From assembly GCA_003661965.1 (NCBI GenBank), contig QMXD01000004.1:1-32657 (forward strand): a stretch of DNA of 32,657 bases, read 5' to 3'. Shown here one piece after another: positions 18,832 to 28,803 of this stretch. This DNA comes from Candidatus Hecatellales archaeon (GTDB lineage Archaea > Thermoproteota > Bathyarchaeia > Hecatellales > Hecatellaceae). Under the pieces are notes generated by a model that did not search any database, was not told where the DNA came from, and saw only the letters and a program-made list of their open reading frames with translations. The position numbers and the translations under genes were made by a program. Each line of letters starts with the position of its first letter. Position 1 is the first letter of the stretch.

Positions 18832-20520
18832 TTAGGTTTGGGAGCTATAAATGTTTAGGGGTTCGGTTAGGTCTAATTCAAAAGCGGCAATAGGGTTTGG
18901 TATCCTAAAGTTTTCCAAGATTTTTGGGTGGATTTCTCCGAGGATGACAGCCTCTTTTCCCCTAATCTTTATTGAGGCTACTCTTCCAGGTATAAAGCTT
19001 GGATGTTCTGTTGGTTTTATCTCCCAATCCTCAATTTTAAGGTTTTTAAGTAGCATGTAAACTATGGCTTGAATGTTTTCATAGCTTGCCTTATAGTCAC
19101 ATATTGCAGCTGCAACCCTTAACTCGTTTCTTGTTTTTGTTTCAGAATCCTCGTCAGGAACAACAACATCTCCACACTCAAAAACTTTTTGTGGATATTC
19201 AACATGAACGTTTGCTGAGAGAAAGCTTAAGATTCCTGGTAGAAGCCATCTTCTAACAACAGAAAACTCTGAGGTTTTTGGGTTTAAAAGCTCTATAAGG
19301 TCAAGTTTTTCAAAACCCATTTTTGTTGTTTGGTTTTCCATGCTTGTTAAAACATAGGTTGCAATTTCTTGGAAGCCAAAACCAACCATAAGCTCCCTAA
19401 CCTTCCTCATAAACCTTGTTTTTGGAAGCTCCCTACCATAGGTTAGGGTTGGGGGAAGTTCAGGTTTAAGCTTATCATACCCATAAGCCATTATCAGGTC
19501 TTCAACAAGGTCTATCTGATGTAAAATGTCGCAACGGTAGGATGGGATTGTAAGCAGAAGCTTTTCTTTACCCTTAACCTTCACATTAAATCTTGCCTTT
19601 TTCGCAAGTTTAACTAAGGTTTTAAGGTTTACGTTTAAACCTGAAACACTGTTAAAATAGTTTAGGTTAAGCTCAGCCTTAAACGGTTTTAGGGTTGCAA
19701 ACCAAACAACCCTTTTCTTATACCCTCTAGGATAAAAAACTTTAACACTTTCAACAATTCCACCTCTTTCAGCCAAGTTTGAAACTAGGATGTTTAGGGT
19801 TTGTTCTACTGGTTGGAGGCTTAAACCTGTTATGTCTATAAACAGGTTTTTTGTTGAGGTTGTTACCTTGGTGTATTCTCCGTTTATTATTGGTGGCATG
19901 GATAAAACCATACCTTTAGAGTCTAGAAGGATGGGGTAACGTGGAAGATTCTCTAAAATCCACCCATACTTTTTACCTTGATAGGTTTGCTCCAAAATTT
20001 CTTTGGCTGAGAGTGGTTTTGTCCCATCTAAAGGTATAAACCTTATTTTTTCAGGTTCTAAGGCTGTATAGGTTATTGGAGGCTTAACCACATCAAAATT
20101 ATGAACACCAATAGCAACCATCCTACGTTTCCTACCCAAGGTTTCATGAAGTTTTTCCTGAATCTGGATTAGCTGTTGGAAGGCTTCCTCTGTAAGCCTA
20201 ACATTCCTTACGACAGCCCCAACCACATAAGGTCTAACATCCCTAACCTTCTCATCAACCTTAACCACAACCTTTCCCCTTCTAACCTTGTAGGTTGGGA
20301 GACCTGTTTTAATCCCAAAAAACCCTTTAAGTGTTCTTGCAACACCCTCAACAGAAAACATGTCAGGTCTGTCAGCATTAACCTCAATGGTTAACTGTTT
20401 TTCAACAACAGATTTAACCTCACATTTTACAAGGGGTAAAACATATTCTAAATCCTTTAAAGGAATTTTTCTACCTAAAAGTTCACATAGGTCATCGTAT
20501 TGGATGGTTATGGTTGGCAT
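18832..20520 (-). CDS. pheT: Phenylalanyl-tRNA synthetase beta subunit
   Basis: MPTI, DRPDMFSVEGVAR, QEKLH..LGRKR, SMPPIIN, YRCDILHQIDL and GEIHP motifs. Confidence 0.97.
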   Translation of the reverse strand: MPTITIQYDDLCELLGRKIPLKDLEYVLPLVKCEVKSVVEKQLTIEVNADRPDMFSVEGVARTLKGFFGIKTGLPTYKVRRGKVVVKVDEKVRDVRPYVVGAVVRNVRLTEEAFQQLIQIQEKLHETLGRKRRMVAIGVHNFDVVKPPITYTALEPEKIRFIPLDGTKPLSAKEILEQTYQGKKYGWILENLPRYPILLDSKGMVLSMPPIINGEYTKVTTSTKNLFIDITGLSLQPVEQTLNILVSNLAERGGIVESVKVFYPRGYKKRVVWFATLKPFKAELNLNYFNSVSGLNVNLKTLVKLAKKARFNVKVKGKEKLLLTIPSYRCDILHQIDLVEDLIMAYGYDKLKPELPPTLTYGRELPKTRFMRKVRELMVGFGFQEIATYVLTSMENQTTKMGFEKLDLIELLNPKTSEFSVVRRWLLPGILSFLSANVHVEYPQKVFECGDVVVPDEDSETKTRNELRVAAAICDYKASYENIQAIVYMLLKNLKIEDWEIKPTEHPSFIPGRVASIKIRGKEAVILGEIHPKILENFRIPNPIAAFELDLTEPLNIYSSQT

Positions 20521-20524
20521 ATTT

Positions 20525-22033
20525 TCACCTCTCCCTCAAAAAATCAAGCCTTTTAGAGTGGAGTTCCCTAATATCGTCAACCCCAAGCTTAACCATAGCA
20601 AGCCTATCAACACCAATCCCCCAAGCCAAAACAGGATACCTAACACCCAAAGGTTTAGTAACCTCAGGTCTAAACATTCCAGCCCCAGCAGCCTCCATCC
20701 AACCAATCTTTGGATGATAAACAAAAGCCTCAACACTAGGCTCTGTAAAGGGGAAGTATCCAGGCTTAAACTCAACCCTTCCAATGTCTAAGGCTTTAGC
20801 TATCTCAGACAACATACCCAACAAATGTTTAAACGTCAAATTTTTGTCAACAACAATCCCCTCACAATGGTAAAACTCCATCGCATGTTTAGCGTCAAGA
20901 ACATCTGGACGGAAAACCCTTGAAACACAAAACATTTTAATGGGAGGATTCTTATGTTCTGAAAGAAATCTTGCGGATACGGCTGTAGTTTGGCTTCTCA
21001 TAACAAGTCTTTTTGCAACCTCAAAACTCCATTTGTATCTCCAACCCCTAGAACCTGTAACCCAACCATTCTCATGGGTTTTTTTAACCCTTTCAACAAG
21101 CTTTTTATCCTTTAAAACCCCATACCTAGGATTTTTTATCTGGTAACTGTCATGAATTTCTCTTGCAGGATGGTCTTGAGGCTGAAATAAAACATCAAAA
21201 TTCCAAAGCTCAAGCTCAACATAAGGTCCATCAGCCTCCTCAAAACCCATAGAAACAAGAATCCTTTTAAGCTCATCAAGAAACTCTAAATAAAAATGTT
21301 TTTTTCCAGGATAAATTTTTGGTGGGGTTGCTGTAACATCATATTCCCTAAATTTTGTTTCACGCCACCTACCAGAAACAATAAGTTCACTTGTTAACGC
21401 TGTTACTTCCTCCTCAAAAACTGGTTTAACTTCTCCGCTTTCAAGCTTAACCAAACCGTTTTCTGTAAGCCTAACAACCCTATCAACAAAAACCTTCTCT
21501 AAAACAAGCTTCCTTTTTTTAAGCTCGTTAACTGTGGCTTCTTCTTCTTGGCTAAGATTTTTTGATTTAACCTCACCCTCAACAAGAATCCTACGTAAAA
21601 GTTTTTCATCTCCTCCTTTGCTGGGTTTGGTTTCCACCCTAACCTTTACAACATCACCCTCTCTAACAATTTTACCCCAACCCTTCCTAACAATCCATCC
21701 TAAAGCAATTTTGACGGTGTCCTCAGAAAGGTTTGAATTTTTAACTATGTCTTCTAGGGTTGCCTCCCCACCAAGCATTAAAACAGTTTCAACAACCCTT
21801 CTCTCAGGTAAACCCTCTAAAGCATAACTTTTTCCCTCATCCGTTAGCCTATAGGAGGCTTCCTTTAACTCAAAAGTTTGAACATATCCTTCCTGCTCTA
21901 AACCTAGAATGCTCCTCATAACTGCTGAATGGTCTAAACCTAAGGTTTCACATATCTCCCTAACAGTTACCTCCATGTTTTTTTCTTTAGCAAACCTTAA
22001 AATTTCATAGCTTACCCTATCCACCCTTTCCAA
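20525..22033 (-). CDS. pheS: Phenylalanyl-tRNA synthetase alpha subunit
   Basis: WNFDVLFQPQDHPARE, RVFRPD, YFPFTEPS and GAGMFRPE motifs. Confidence 0.97.
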   Translation of the reverse strand: MERVDRVSYEILRFAKEKNMEVTVREICETLGLDHSAVMRSILGLEQEGYVQTFELKEASYRLTDEGKSYALEGLPERRVVETVLMLGGEATLEDIVKNSNLSEDTVKIALGWIVRKGWGKIVREGDVVKVRVETKPSKGGDEKLLRRILVEGEVKSKNLSQEEEATVNELKKRKLVLEKVFVDRVVRLTENGLVKLESGEVKPVFEEEVTALTSELIVSGRWRETKFREYDVTATPPKIYPGKKHFYLEFLDELKRILVSMGFEEADGPYVELELWNFDVLFQPQDHPAREIHDSYQIKNPRYGVLKDKKLVERVKKTHENGWVTGSRGWRYKWSFEVAKRLVMRSQTTAVSARFLSEHKNPPIKMFCVSRVFRPDVLDAKHAMEFYHCEGIVVDKNLTFKHLLGMLSEIAKALDIGRVEFKPGYFPFTEPSVEAFVYHPKIGWMEAAGAGMFRPEVTKPLGVRYPVLAWGIGVDRLAMVKLGVDDIRELHSKRLDFLRER

Positions 22034-22065
22034 CCCGCCTAAACATAGTCTAACAAATCTATTTT

Positions 22066-22446
22066 TTAGCTTTTCCCAGTTTTCTTAAACATTTCTTCTG
22101 TGATTATTCCAGCCTCAACAAGTTTAACAACAGCATTTACACTTGCCTCCCCAACAAGCCTTCCAATATCACCTCTTTTATGCTCCCATCTAAGCTTGGT
22201 TGAGCCGCTTTTAGAGTTATAAACAACACCAACAACATTCTCAACCCTAACAAAATCAACATCCCTAATCTTTCTAAGTGTAACCTTATCCTCAGCCTCA
22301 GCATAAACCAAACCTTTCCCACAAACCCTTTCAGGAAAAACCTTTTTATCCTCCAAATATTCTTTAGGCACAAAAGAATAACAACAGCTTAAAATCAAGA
22401 ATTTTCTAAAGTTTTCAAGTGGACATGTTAAATCGATAAATACCAA
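22066..22446 (-). CDS. Hypothetical protein upstream of pheS
   Basis: 126-aa ORF, co-oriented with pheST, TTG start after a G-rich SD-like element. Confidence 0.65.
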   Translation of the reverse strand: MVFIDLTCPLENFRKFLILSCCYSFVPKEYLEDKKVFPERVCGKGLVYAEAEDKVTLRKIRDVDFVRVENVVGVVYNSKSGSTKLRWEHKRGDIGRLVGEASVNAVVKLVEAGIITEEMFKKTGKS

Positions 22447-22574
22447 GGTTTTCCCCTAACCATTAAACATGCTCATAGGAGGCTTCTCCTAAAAAAGGCT
22501 TTACCCAAACCTTTAAAGGGTTTATGGTAAACTTTATCTTTTCCTGAATAAAATATCCATCAACCGTTAGGACG

Positions 22575-23708
22575 GTGAACCTATTGTCATCCGACGAGGA
22601 AATGGTTGTAACACCATGGAAGGTTTCAGGAAAAATAGACTATGAAAAACTTATAAGACAGTTTGGAACCCAACCCCTAACAAAAGAAATCCTAGAAAAA
22701 CTCAAAAAACATGCTGGAAGCCTCCACTACCTAATAAGAAGAGGATTCTTCTTCTGCCATAGAGACTTTGACCTCATACTAAACCTTTACGAGCAAGGTA
22801 AAAAATTCGTTTTATACACTGGGAGAGGGCCTTCAGGTCCTGTTCATCTTGGTCATTTGCTTCCGTGGATTTTTACTAAGTATCTTCAGGATGCTTTTGA
22901 TGTTAAGCTTTATTTTCAGATGACTGACGATGAAAAGTTTCTTCTCCACCATGATTTTACGGTTGAAAGGTCTGTAGGCTACACCTACGATAATGCTTTG
23001 GATGTTATAGCTATAGGGTTTGAGAAGGAAAAGACAAGGATAATTTCCGACATAAAAAACATTAGGGCTTTATACAACATCGCGGTTAAGGTGGCAAAAC
23101 ATGTAAACTTTTCAGTTGTTAGAGCTGTTTTTGGTTTTGAGGAAAGCACAAACATAGGGCTAATATTTTTCCCAGCAATTCAGGCGGCACCATGCTTTCT
23201 AGAGTCAGTTTTAACTGGTGAAAATGTTCCAGCCCTAATTCCAGCAGCCATAGACCAAGACCCATACTGGAGGGTTACAAGGGATGTTGCACCTAAGCTT
23301 GGATTTTATAAGCCTGCCCAAATCCATAGCAAGTTTTTGGCTGGGCTTGGTAAAGGTGGGAAAATGTCTGCCTCCCAGCCTGAAACATGTATTTTTACCA
23401 CGGATTCTCTTGAGGCTGCTGAAAAAAAGGTTTTTAATGCTTTTACAGGTGGGCAGCCAACAGCCCAAGAACAAAGAAGGTTTGGTGGAAACCCTGAGGT
23501 TTGCACAGTTTACCAGTATATGCTTTATCTTTTTGAGGAGGATGATGGGAAGGTTAGGGAGCTTTGGGAAAACTGTAGGTCTGGAAGGATAATTTGTGGG
23601 GAGTGTAAAAGTATTCTTGCTGAAAGAGTAAAAAAGTTTCTTTTGGAGCATCAAAAAAGGAGAGAAAAAGCTAAAGATGTTGTTGAAGAATATTTTTTGA
23701 AGGATTAA
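22575..23708 (+). CDS. trpS: Tryptophanyl-tRNA synthetase
   Basis: VTPW, YTGRGPSGPVHLGH, TDDEK, AIDQDPY, KMSAS and AFTGG motifs. Confidence 0.97.
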   Translation: MNLLSSDEEMVVTPWKVSGKIDYEKLIRQFGTQPLTKEILEKLKKHAGSLHYLIRRGFFFCHRDFDLILNLYEQGKKFVLYTGRGPSGPVHLGHLLPWIFTKYLQDAFDVKLYFQMTDDEKFLLHHDFTVERSVGYTYDNALDVIAIGFEKEKTRIISDIKNIRALYNIAVKVAKHVNFSVVRAVFGFEESTNIGLIFFPAIQAAPCFLESVLTGENVPALIPAAIDQDPYWRVTRDVAPKLGFYKPAQIHSKFLAGLGKGGKMSASQPETCIFTTDSLEAAEKKVFNAFTGGQPTAQEQRRFGGNPEVCTVYQYMLYLFEEDDGKVRELWENCRSGRIICGECKSILAERVKKFLLEHQKRREKAKDVVEEYFLKD

Positions 23709-23744
23709 TTAGGGTTAAACCTATCCTATTTTTAGGGTTTTTGG

Positions 23745-24374
23745 TTGAAGGTTTTAGCCTTAATTTCTGGTGGAATAGATTCCCCTGTAGCCGCCTATAT
23801 GGTTGGTAGGATGAATGTTAAGGTTATCCCCATCTACTTTGACAATTCACCCTTTTCTAGTGGAGAAGCAAAAAATAGGGCTGTTGAATGTATAGGTAGG
23901 CTTAGCAAAATTTTAGGTTTAAAAGAAGCCTATATTTTCCCTTATGGGGTTTGTCTTCAAGAGCTTTCTAATAGGTGTAAAAGAAATCTTATTTGTGTTT
24001 TATGTAGAAGGATGATGTTTAGGGTTGCTGAAAGGTTTGCTTTAGAGGTTGAGGCTTCAGCCTTGGTTACTGGTGAAAGTTTGGGGCAGGTTGCAAGCCA
24101 AACCCTCCAAAACGTTTTTGTCGAGGATAAGGCTGTTAAAATTCCTATCCTCCGCCCCCTAATAGGGTTAAACAAGGAGGAATCCGTTAAAATTGCTAGA
24201 AGAATAGGAACCTATGAAATTTCAACCAGAAACGTTGTTTCATGCACAGTTAACCCTAAACATCCAGCAACCAAAGCTAAACTTAGCCAAATCTTGGAGG
24301 AGGAAAAAAAGCTAAACATAGAAAAGCTTGTTTTTGATGTTGTTTCTGGGAGAAAAAAAGTCTTTTTGGGTTAG
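23745..24374 (+). CDS. thiI: ThiI-like PP-loop sulfurtransferase, catalytic domain only (no THUMP)
   Basis: SGGIDSPVA, CVLCRRMM, TGESLGQVASQT, RPLIG and IGTYEIS motifs. Confidence 0.75.
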   Translation: MKVLALISGGIDSPVAAYMVGRMNVKVIPIYFDNSPFSSGEAKNRAVECIGRLSKILGLKEAYIFPYGVCLQELSNRCKRNLICVLCRRMMFRVAERFALEVEASALVTGESLGQVASQTLQNVFVEDKAVKIPILRPLIGLNKEESVKIARRIGTYEISTRNVVSCTVNPKHPATKAKLSQILEEEKKLNIEKLVFDVVSGRKKVFLG

Positions 24375-24375
24375 A

Positions 24376-25308
24376 CTAAAAAATTTTTGCTTTTGTTTTT
24401 AGCTGGTAGCCGTTTAACGCCTCGGTTTGGCTGTCAATTTCTAGGTAGGCTGCATAAGGGTTAAAGTATGGTTCACCTTTTCTTGAGAAAACAGTTAAAA
24501 CAGCACCGTTATGGTTTACTTTTATCCCCTCGTAGCATGGTTCATGTCCACGTATAAGTGTTTTAACCCCAATTTTTCCAAGAAAACTTTTTGTAACATC
24601 TTCACCAAAAAGTTTTCCAGCACCCCTAGGTGAAGGGTAAACACCCTTTATATCTTCTTCAGGATCACTCCATAAAATTTCTTCTAAAAGCCTTTTTGCT
24701 GGATGATGTTTTGCTGCATAGCTTAAATCTTGAAGGTTTTTTGCTTCACTTGGGATTCCGCCGTGAAGAAAAAGATATTTGCCTTTTAGGATGGCTGAAT
24801 GGGGTAACTTATCAAAAAACACCAAAAACTTTTCATAGATTTTTTCCCAGTTTCCCCCAAACTTTCTTTTTAGGTGGTATGGTAGGTCGTGGGGGACTGC
24901 TATAAGGTCTGATGGTCCTTCATGGTTTCCCCTTAAAAGGATAACGTTTTCTGGATGATTTGCTTTCAGCCAAAAAACTATGTAGTAAACTTCTGGTGAG
25001 AGGAAGCCTCTATCCCCATAGTCACCCAGAAAAAGGATTATAGGTTTTTCTCCTCTCCTCACAGCATCCAAAAAGTTTGAGTTTTTAAGGATGTAGATAA
25101 GGCTTTCAAGGTCTCCATGAATATCTCCAACAACCACAATCTTTCCCTTAGCCTTTAAATCGACTAGCCCCTCTTCAACCTTATAGTTTTCTAGGGATTT
25201 AACCTCTTTTTCTTTATCAAGCCTTAAACAAACATTTTCAATTAAACCTATAAATTCTGAGGGTTGAACGGTTTTAGCTTTCTCCACGATTTCTTCTACC
25301 ACACCCAT
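24376..25308 (-). CDS. PPP-family Ser/Thr protein phosphatase (calcineurin-like metallophosphoesterase)
   Basis: GDIHG, GDYGDRG, LRGNHE, HGG, LWSDP, SPRG, IRGHE and TVFS motifs. Confidence 0.92.
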   Translation of the reverse strand: MGVVEEIVEKAKTVQPSEFIGLIENVCLRLDKEKEVKSLENYKVEEGLVDLKAKGKIVVVGDIHGDLESLIYILKNSNFLDAVRRGEKPIILFLGDYGDRGFLSPEVYYIVFWLKANHPENVILLRGNHEGPSDLIAVPHDLPYHLKRKFGGNWEKIYEKFLVFFDKLPHSAILKGKYLFLHGGIPSEAKNLQDLSYAAKHHPAKRLLEEILWSDPEEDIKGVYPSPRGAGKLFGEDVTKSFLGKIGVKTLIRGHEPCYEGIKVNHNGAVLTVFSRKGEPYFNPYAAYLEIDSQTEALNGYQLKTKAKIF

Positions 25309-25367
25309 TTTCTTCCACGTTAGGTTTGACAGGAGGTTTTCTTCTAAAACATGAATAATTAATTTAT

Positions 25368-25712
25368 TTGGTTAACTTAACCTTAAACCTTATGAGTCTA
25401 ATGTTAACGGTTAAGTATAGCCTATTGCTTATAGTAGCAGTTCTTATGTTGTTCATTAACATTAAACTTTTAGCCAGATTTGTTAAAGTAAAGCTTGCTA
25501 CAAGCAAAATTTTTCTTAGACAAAAAGAGTTTTTAGATGTGGTTTTAGGTTTTCTTGTGGCTTTACTTTTTCTTCTTACAGCCACCTCCTCCTTCTGCGT
25601 ATCAACGTTTCTAAAAGAAAACACTATAAAAACTGTGGGGATTATATTTGCAAACCTAACAGCCTTAACTCTCCTTCATACCTTTTACAGGTTTTATCGG
25701 ATGGTTAGGTGA
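25368..25712 (+). CDS. Hypothetical small membrane protein (paralog 1)
   Basis: Three hydrophobic segments; LATSKIFLRQKE resembles the next gene. Start position uncertain. Confidence 0.6.
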   Translation: MVNLTLNLMSLMLTVKYSLLLIVAVLMLFINIKLLARFVKVKLATSKIFLRQKEFLDVVLGFLVALLFLLTATSSFCVSTFLKENTIKTVGIIFANLTALTLLHTFYRFYRMVR

Positions 25713-26072
25713 ATGTTTATGGTTAATGTTTCGTTTCTTCTTCTTTTAGGTCCCCTAACCTCATCCATAGCCCTACTATTTGTTTTAGCCACCTATCTTA
25801 AGGCTAGAAAAAACCTAAAATGTGCTGTTTCAAGACTTTTTCTTAGAAAAGAAAAAACCGCTAAAGCCTTTTACTCTCTTATAGTTGGCTCATGCTTTTT
25901 TGTTATCAACCAGATATTTACCCTACTTTACAGCCTAAAACTTGTTAGCTATATGGTGCTTTTTTTGATGTCGATATGTTTAGGTTCACTTTTTGCTCTT
26001 TCCCTAACTTTTACCTTTTACGAGTTTATGGTTGTTATGGATGTTTGTGTTAAAAAACCTAAAACTGTTTAA
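25713..26072 (+). CDS. Hypothetical small membrane protein (paralog 2)
   Basis: Three hydrophobic segments; CAVSRLFLRKEK and LTFTFYEF segments; abuts the previous stop codon. Confidence 0.65.
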   Translation: MFMVNVSFLLLLGPLTSSIALLFVLATYLKARKNLKCAVSRLFLRKEKTAKAFYSLIVGSCFFVINQIFTLLYSLKLVSYMVLFLMSICLGSLFALSLTFTFYEFMVVMDVCVKKPKTV

Positions 26073-26144
26073 CTTTTTAGAAAAACTTATTTTTAGGCAA
26101 ACCTAAAAATCTAGGTTGACAAAACCTTTTAGGGAAGAATTAAA

Positions 26145-26459
26145 ATGGCTATTGAGACCTTTTATCCTCTTCTAGGTCAGCTTGGTTTTGGTGGAATTTT
26201 AGGGTTTGTTATAGGCTACACCTCCAAAAAGCTTCTAAAAATCCTTATGGTTTTTATAGGCTTGTTTTTTATGGCTTTACTCTACCTATCCTACACGGGT
26301 TTTATCCAAATAAACTACGATAAAATTTCAGCAACAACAGAGGCTTTCCTAAGAAACCTTTTTGGTGGAGGGTTAAGCCTACCCCTATTCTTATCCTCAA
26401 ACATACCGTTTATTGGAAGTTTTATTGTGGGGTTTGGTTTAGGGTTTAAGACGGGATAA
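26145..26459 (+). CDS. FUN14-domain membrane protein
   Basis: QLGFGGILGFVIGYTSKK, GFIQINY and GFGLGFK pattern. Confidence 0.85.
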   Translation: MAIETFYPLLGQLGFGGILGFVIGYTSKKLLKILMVFIGLFFMALLYLSYTGFIQINYDKISATTEAFLRNLFGGGLSLPLFLSSNIPFIGSFIVGFGLGFKTG

Positions 26460-26534
26460 CAAAAAGGGTAGCCATCCAACAGCCTAATTTAAATCTGGGT
26501 TTAAACATTTTTCCTATTGGTTTGGGGTTAAAAA

Positions 26535-27104
26535 TTGTCCCTACAAATTTTAAGCGGTGAAGACTTAAAAAGGCTTAGAAAGTCCTATGGGTTAACCCAA
26601 AAAGAGGTTGCTAAAAAGGCTGGTGTAAGCCAATCACTTATAGCCAGAATTGAGGCTGGAAAGATTGACCCAAGACTTTCAACAGTTAAAAAAATTTTAA
26701 ATTCGATTTTGAGTGTAAAACGTGGGTTAGATGCTGCAAGCATAATGCATAGTCCAGTTATATCTGTTGATGTTAAAGATTCTGTGAGAAAAGCTGTAGA
26801 CCTTATGGAAAAACATGGAATATCTCAGCTTCCGGTTTTTGACGGGGATAGGATTGTTGGAAGTGTTTTAGAGGGGACAATAATTAGGAGGATTCTTCAG
26901 GGTAAGGAGCCTGAAAAGGTTTTTAGTTTAAAGGTTGAGGATGTGATGGAGGAACCTTTTACAACAGTTTCACCTAGAACAAGCATAAACGAAATTTTAA
27001 CTCTTTTTACCCATGAAAAACCTGCTGTTCTTGTTGTTGATAAAGGTAAACCTGTAGGTATAATTACAAAGATAGATTTGATAACCTCTATTAGGTCCAG
27101 ATAG
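26535..27104 (+). CDS. XRE-HTH plus CBS-pair transcriptional regulator (COG3620-like)
   Basis: LTQKEVAKKAGVSQSLIARIEAGKIDPRLST, followed by two CBS domains (ISQLPV, GIITKIDL). Confidence 0.92.
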   Translation: MSLQILSGEDLKRLRKSYGLTQKEVAKKAGVSQSLIARIEAGKIDPRLSTVKKILNSILSVKRGLDAASIMHSPVISVDVKDSVRKAVDLMEKHGISQLPVFDGDRIVGSVLEGTIIRRILQGKEPEKVFSLKVEDVMEEPFTTVSPRTSINEILTLFTHEKPAVLVVDKGKPVGIITKIDLITSIRSR

Positions 27105-27107
27105 TCT

Positions 27108-27809
27108 TTGAAGCCTTTAAAACTAAACCCTGAAAAAAGAATTCCTTCTAGATGTGTATGTTTGGATAGGTTGCTTCATGGGGGTTTACCCTCAGCTAAG
27201 CTTACGGTTTTTTATGGTGAGGCTGCAACAGGAAAAACAACAATAGCCCTCCAATATTCTGTTAACTGTGCTAGGGAGGGTTTACAGGTTTTATATGTTG
27301 ATGGGGATGGAGGTTTTCCTGTTGAAAGACTTAAACAGATGGCTACAGACTTTGAAAGTTTAGCCTCCCTAATCCTTGTTTTTAACCCAAAAAACTTTTT
27401 TGAGCAGACGGTTTTACTGGAAAATCTTGAGGTTTATCTTTCTGGTAGGGTTGGACTTATTGTTGTTGATACCATTAACAACCTATACAGACTTGCAATA
27501 AAAAACACTGAAACAGTTTTCACCTTAAACAAGGAGCTTAATAGACAGTTAGCCTACCTAACCCACTACGCAAAAACCTACAACCTTCCAGTTCTTGTTT
27601 TAAGCCAAGTTCATGCTGTTATAGGGGAGGAAAACGGGAAAATTGAACCTGTTGCAATAAGAGCCTTAAACTATTGGGCTTCAAACGTTATACGTTTAAA
27701 CCTAAACCCAAAACCAGGTTTAAGAACAGCCATTCTAGAAAGGTTGGATGGGAGAAGTTTTACAAACGTTTTTTGCCATTTTAGGCTTTTTGGTGGTGGT
27801 GTAGAGTAG
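27108..27809 (+). CDS. radB: DNA repair and recombination protein RadB-like
   Basis: LDRLLHGG, YGEAATGKT, ERLKQM, IVVDT..LYR and VLSQV motifs; no RadA N-terminal domain. Confidence 0.8.
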   Translation: MKPLKLNPEKRIPSRCVCLDRLLHGGLPSAKLTVFYGEAATGKTTIALQYSVNCAREGLQVLYVDGDGGFPVERLKQMATDFESLASLILVFNPKNFFEQTVLLENLEVYLSGRVGLIVVDTINNLYRLAIKNTETVFTLNKELNRQLAYLTHYAKTYNLPVLVLSQVHAVIGEENGKIEPVAIRALNYWASNVIRLNLNPKPGLRTAILERLDGRSFTNVFCHFRLFGGGVE

Positions 27810-27816
27810 GTTTAGC

Positions 27817-28704
27817 TTAACTAAACCTTTTTTCTCTCCAATACATCGTGATTATGCTAAGAAATATTATGGCTGCTCCAACCATTTGAAGAGGCTCCAA
27901 TCTTTCACCAAGAAATAGGAAAGCCAAAACAAGGGCTGAAATAATTTCCGATGTTGAGTAGATGCTTGCTCTCCCAGCCTCCACGTTTTTAAGACCGAAA
28001 ATGAAGAAGGTGAAGGCTGCTGTTGTAGGTATAAAAGCTATTAGGAATATTAAAATCCATGTTTGAATTCCATGTGGGATAAAGATACCGTTAAAAAAGA
28101 GGTTTACTAGGGTTAGGGTTAAAGCACCAAAACCAAGTGTATAAACAATTATTGTGGGTTCTTCAACATCTTTAAGCATAACCTTGCTAAGAATCATGTA
28201 GATAGAGTAGGCTAAGGCTGAGGCTAAACCTACAGCCACACCTAAACCTGTAAGTTTTAGGTAGGTTAAACTATAACCTTTAACCACAAAAAAACATCCA
28301 ACAACCACAAACATTACAGCAAAAACCTTTGTAAGGGTTGGTTTTTCACCAACAAAAAACCTTGCAAGCATAAGTGTAAAAATAGGGTATGCGTAAAGCA
28401 GCAGAACAGCAACAGAGGCTGATATAAGCTTAACAGCATAAAAGTAGGCTAAAATTCCTCCAGCAACACCAACAACCCCAGCAACCGAGAGACACGGAAT
28501 TTTTCTAGGTTTAACCCTTAAAACTGTAGGGTTTAATAAAAGAAAAACAAGGGTTAAAGCTAAAAATCCTATGGTTAACCTATACATAGCCACAGTTTCA
28601 GGCTGTAAACCATTATTCATAAGAATTTTACCTAAAACACCAGCAGAACCCCAACAAACACCAGCAGAAAAAACTAGGATAAAACCAAGCTTTTTCCTTT
28701 CCAA
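27817..28704 (-). CDS. EamA/DMT-family transporter
   Basis: Ten-TM, two-repeat layout with WG, YPIF, GEK and LGER motifs. Confidence 0.9.
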   Translation of the reverse strand: MERKKLGFILVFSAGVCWGSAGVLGKILMNNGLQPETVAMYRLTIGFLALTLVFLLLNPTVLRVKPRKIPCLSVAGVVGVAGGILAYFYAVKLISASVAVLLLYAYPIFTLMLARFFVGEKPTLTKVFAVMFVVVGCFFVVKGYSLTYLKLTGLGVAVGLASALAYSIYMILSKVMLKDVEEPTIIVYTLGFGALTLTLVNLFFNGIFIPHGIQTWILIFLIAFIPTTAAFTFFIFGLKNVEAGRASIYSTSEIISALVLAFLFLGERLEPLQMVGAAIIFLSIITMYWREKRFS

Positions 28705-28803
28705 GAGGCTCCACCAGTTTTAGGCTGAAAACAAAACTGTATATTCCACCATAACCAAACATAAAAAATTTTTTAGTGTTGTAGAGATGTTTTAGGTTTA
28801 CCT

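Noticed and set aside
22501-22530. Imperfect inverted repeat between the pheST-side gene and trpS
   Set aside because: AAACC/GGTTT words are very frequent in this sequence, so it is likely chance.
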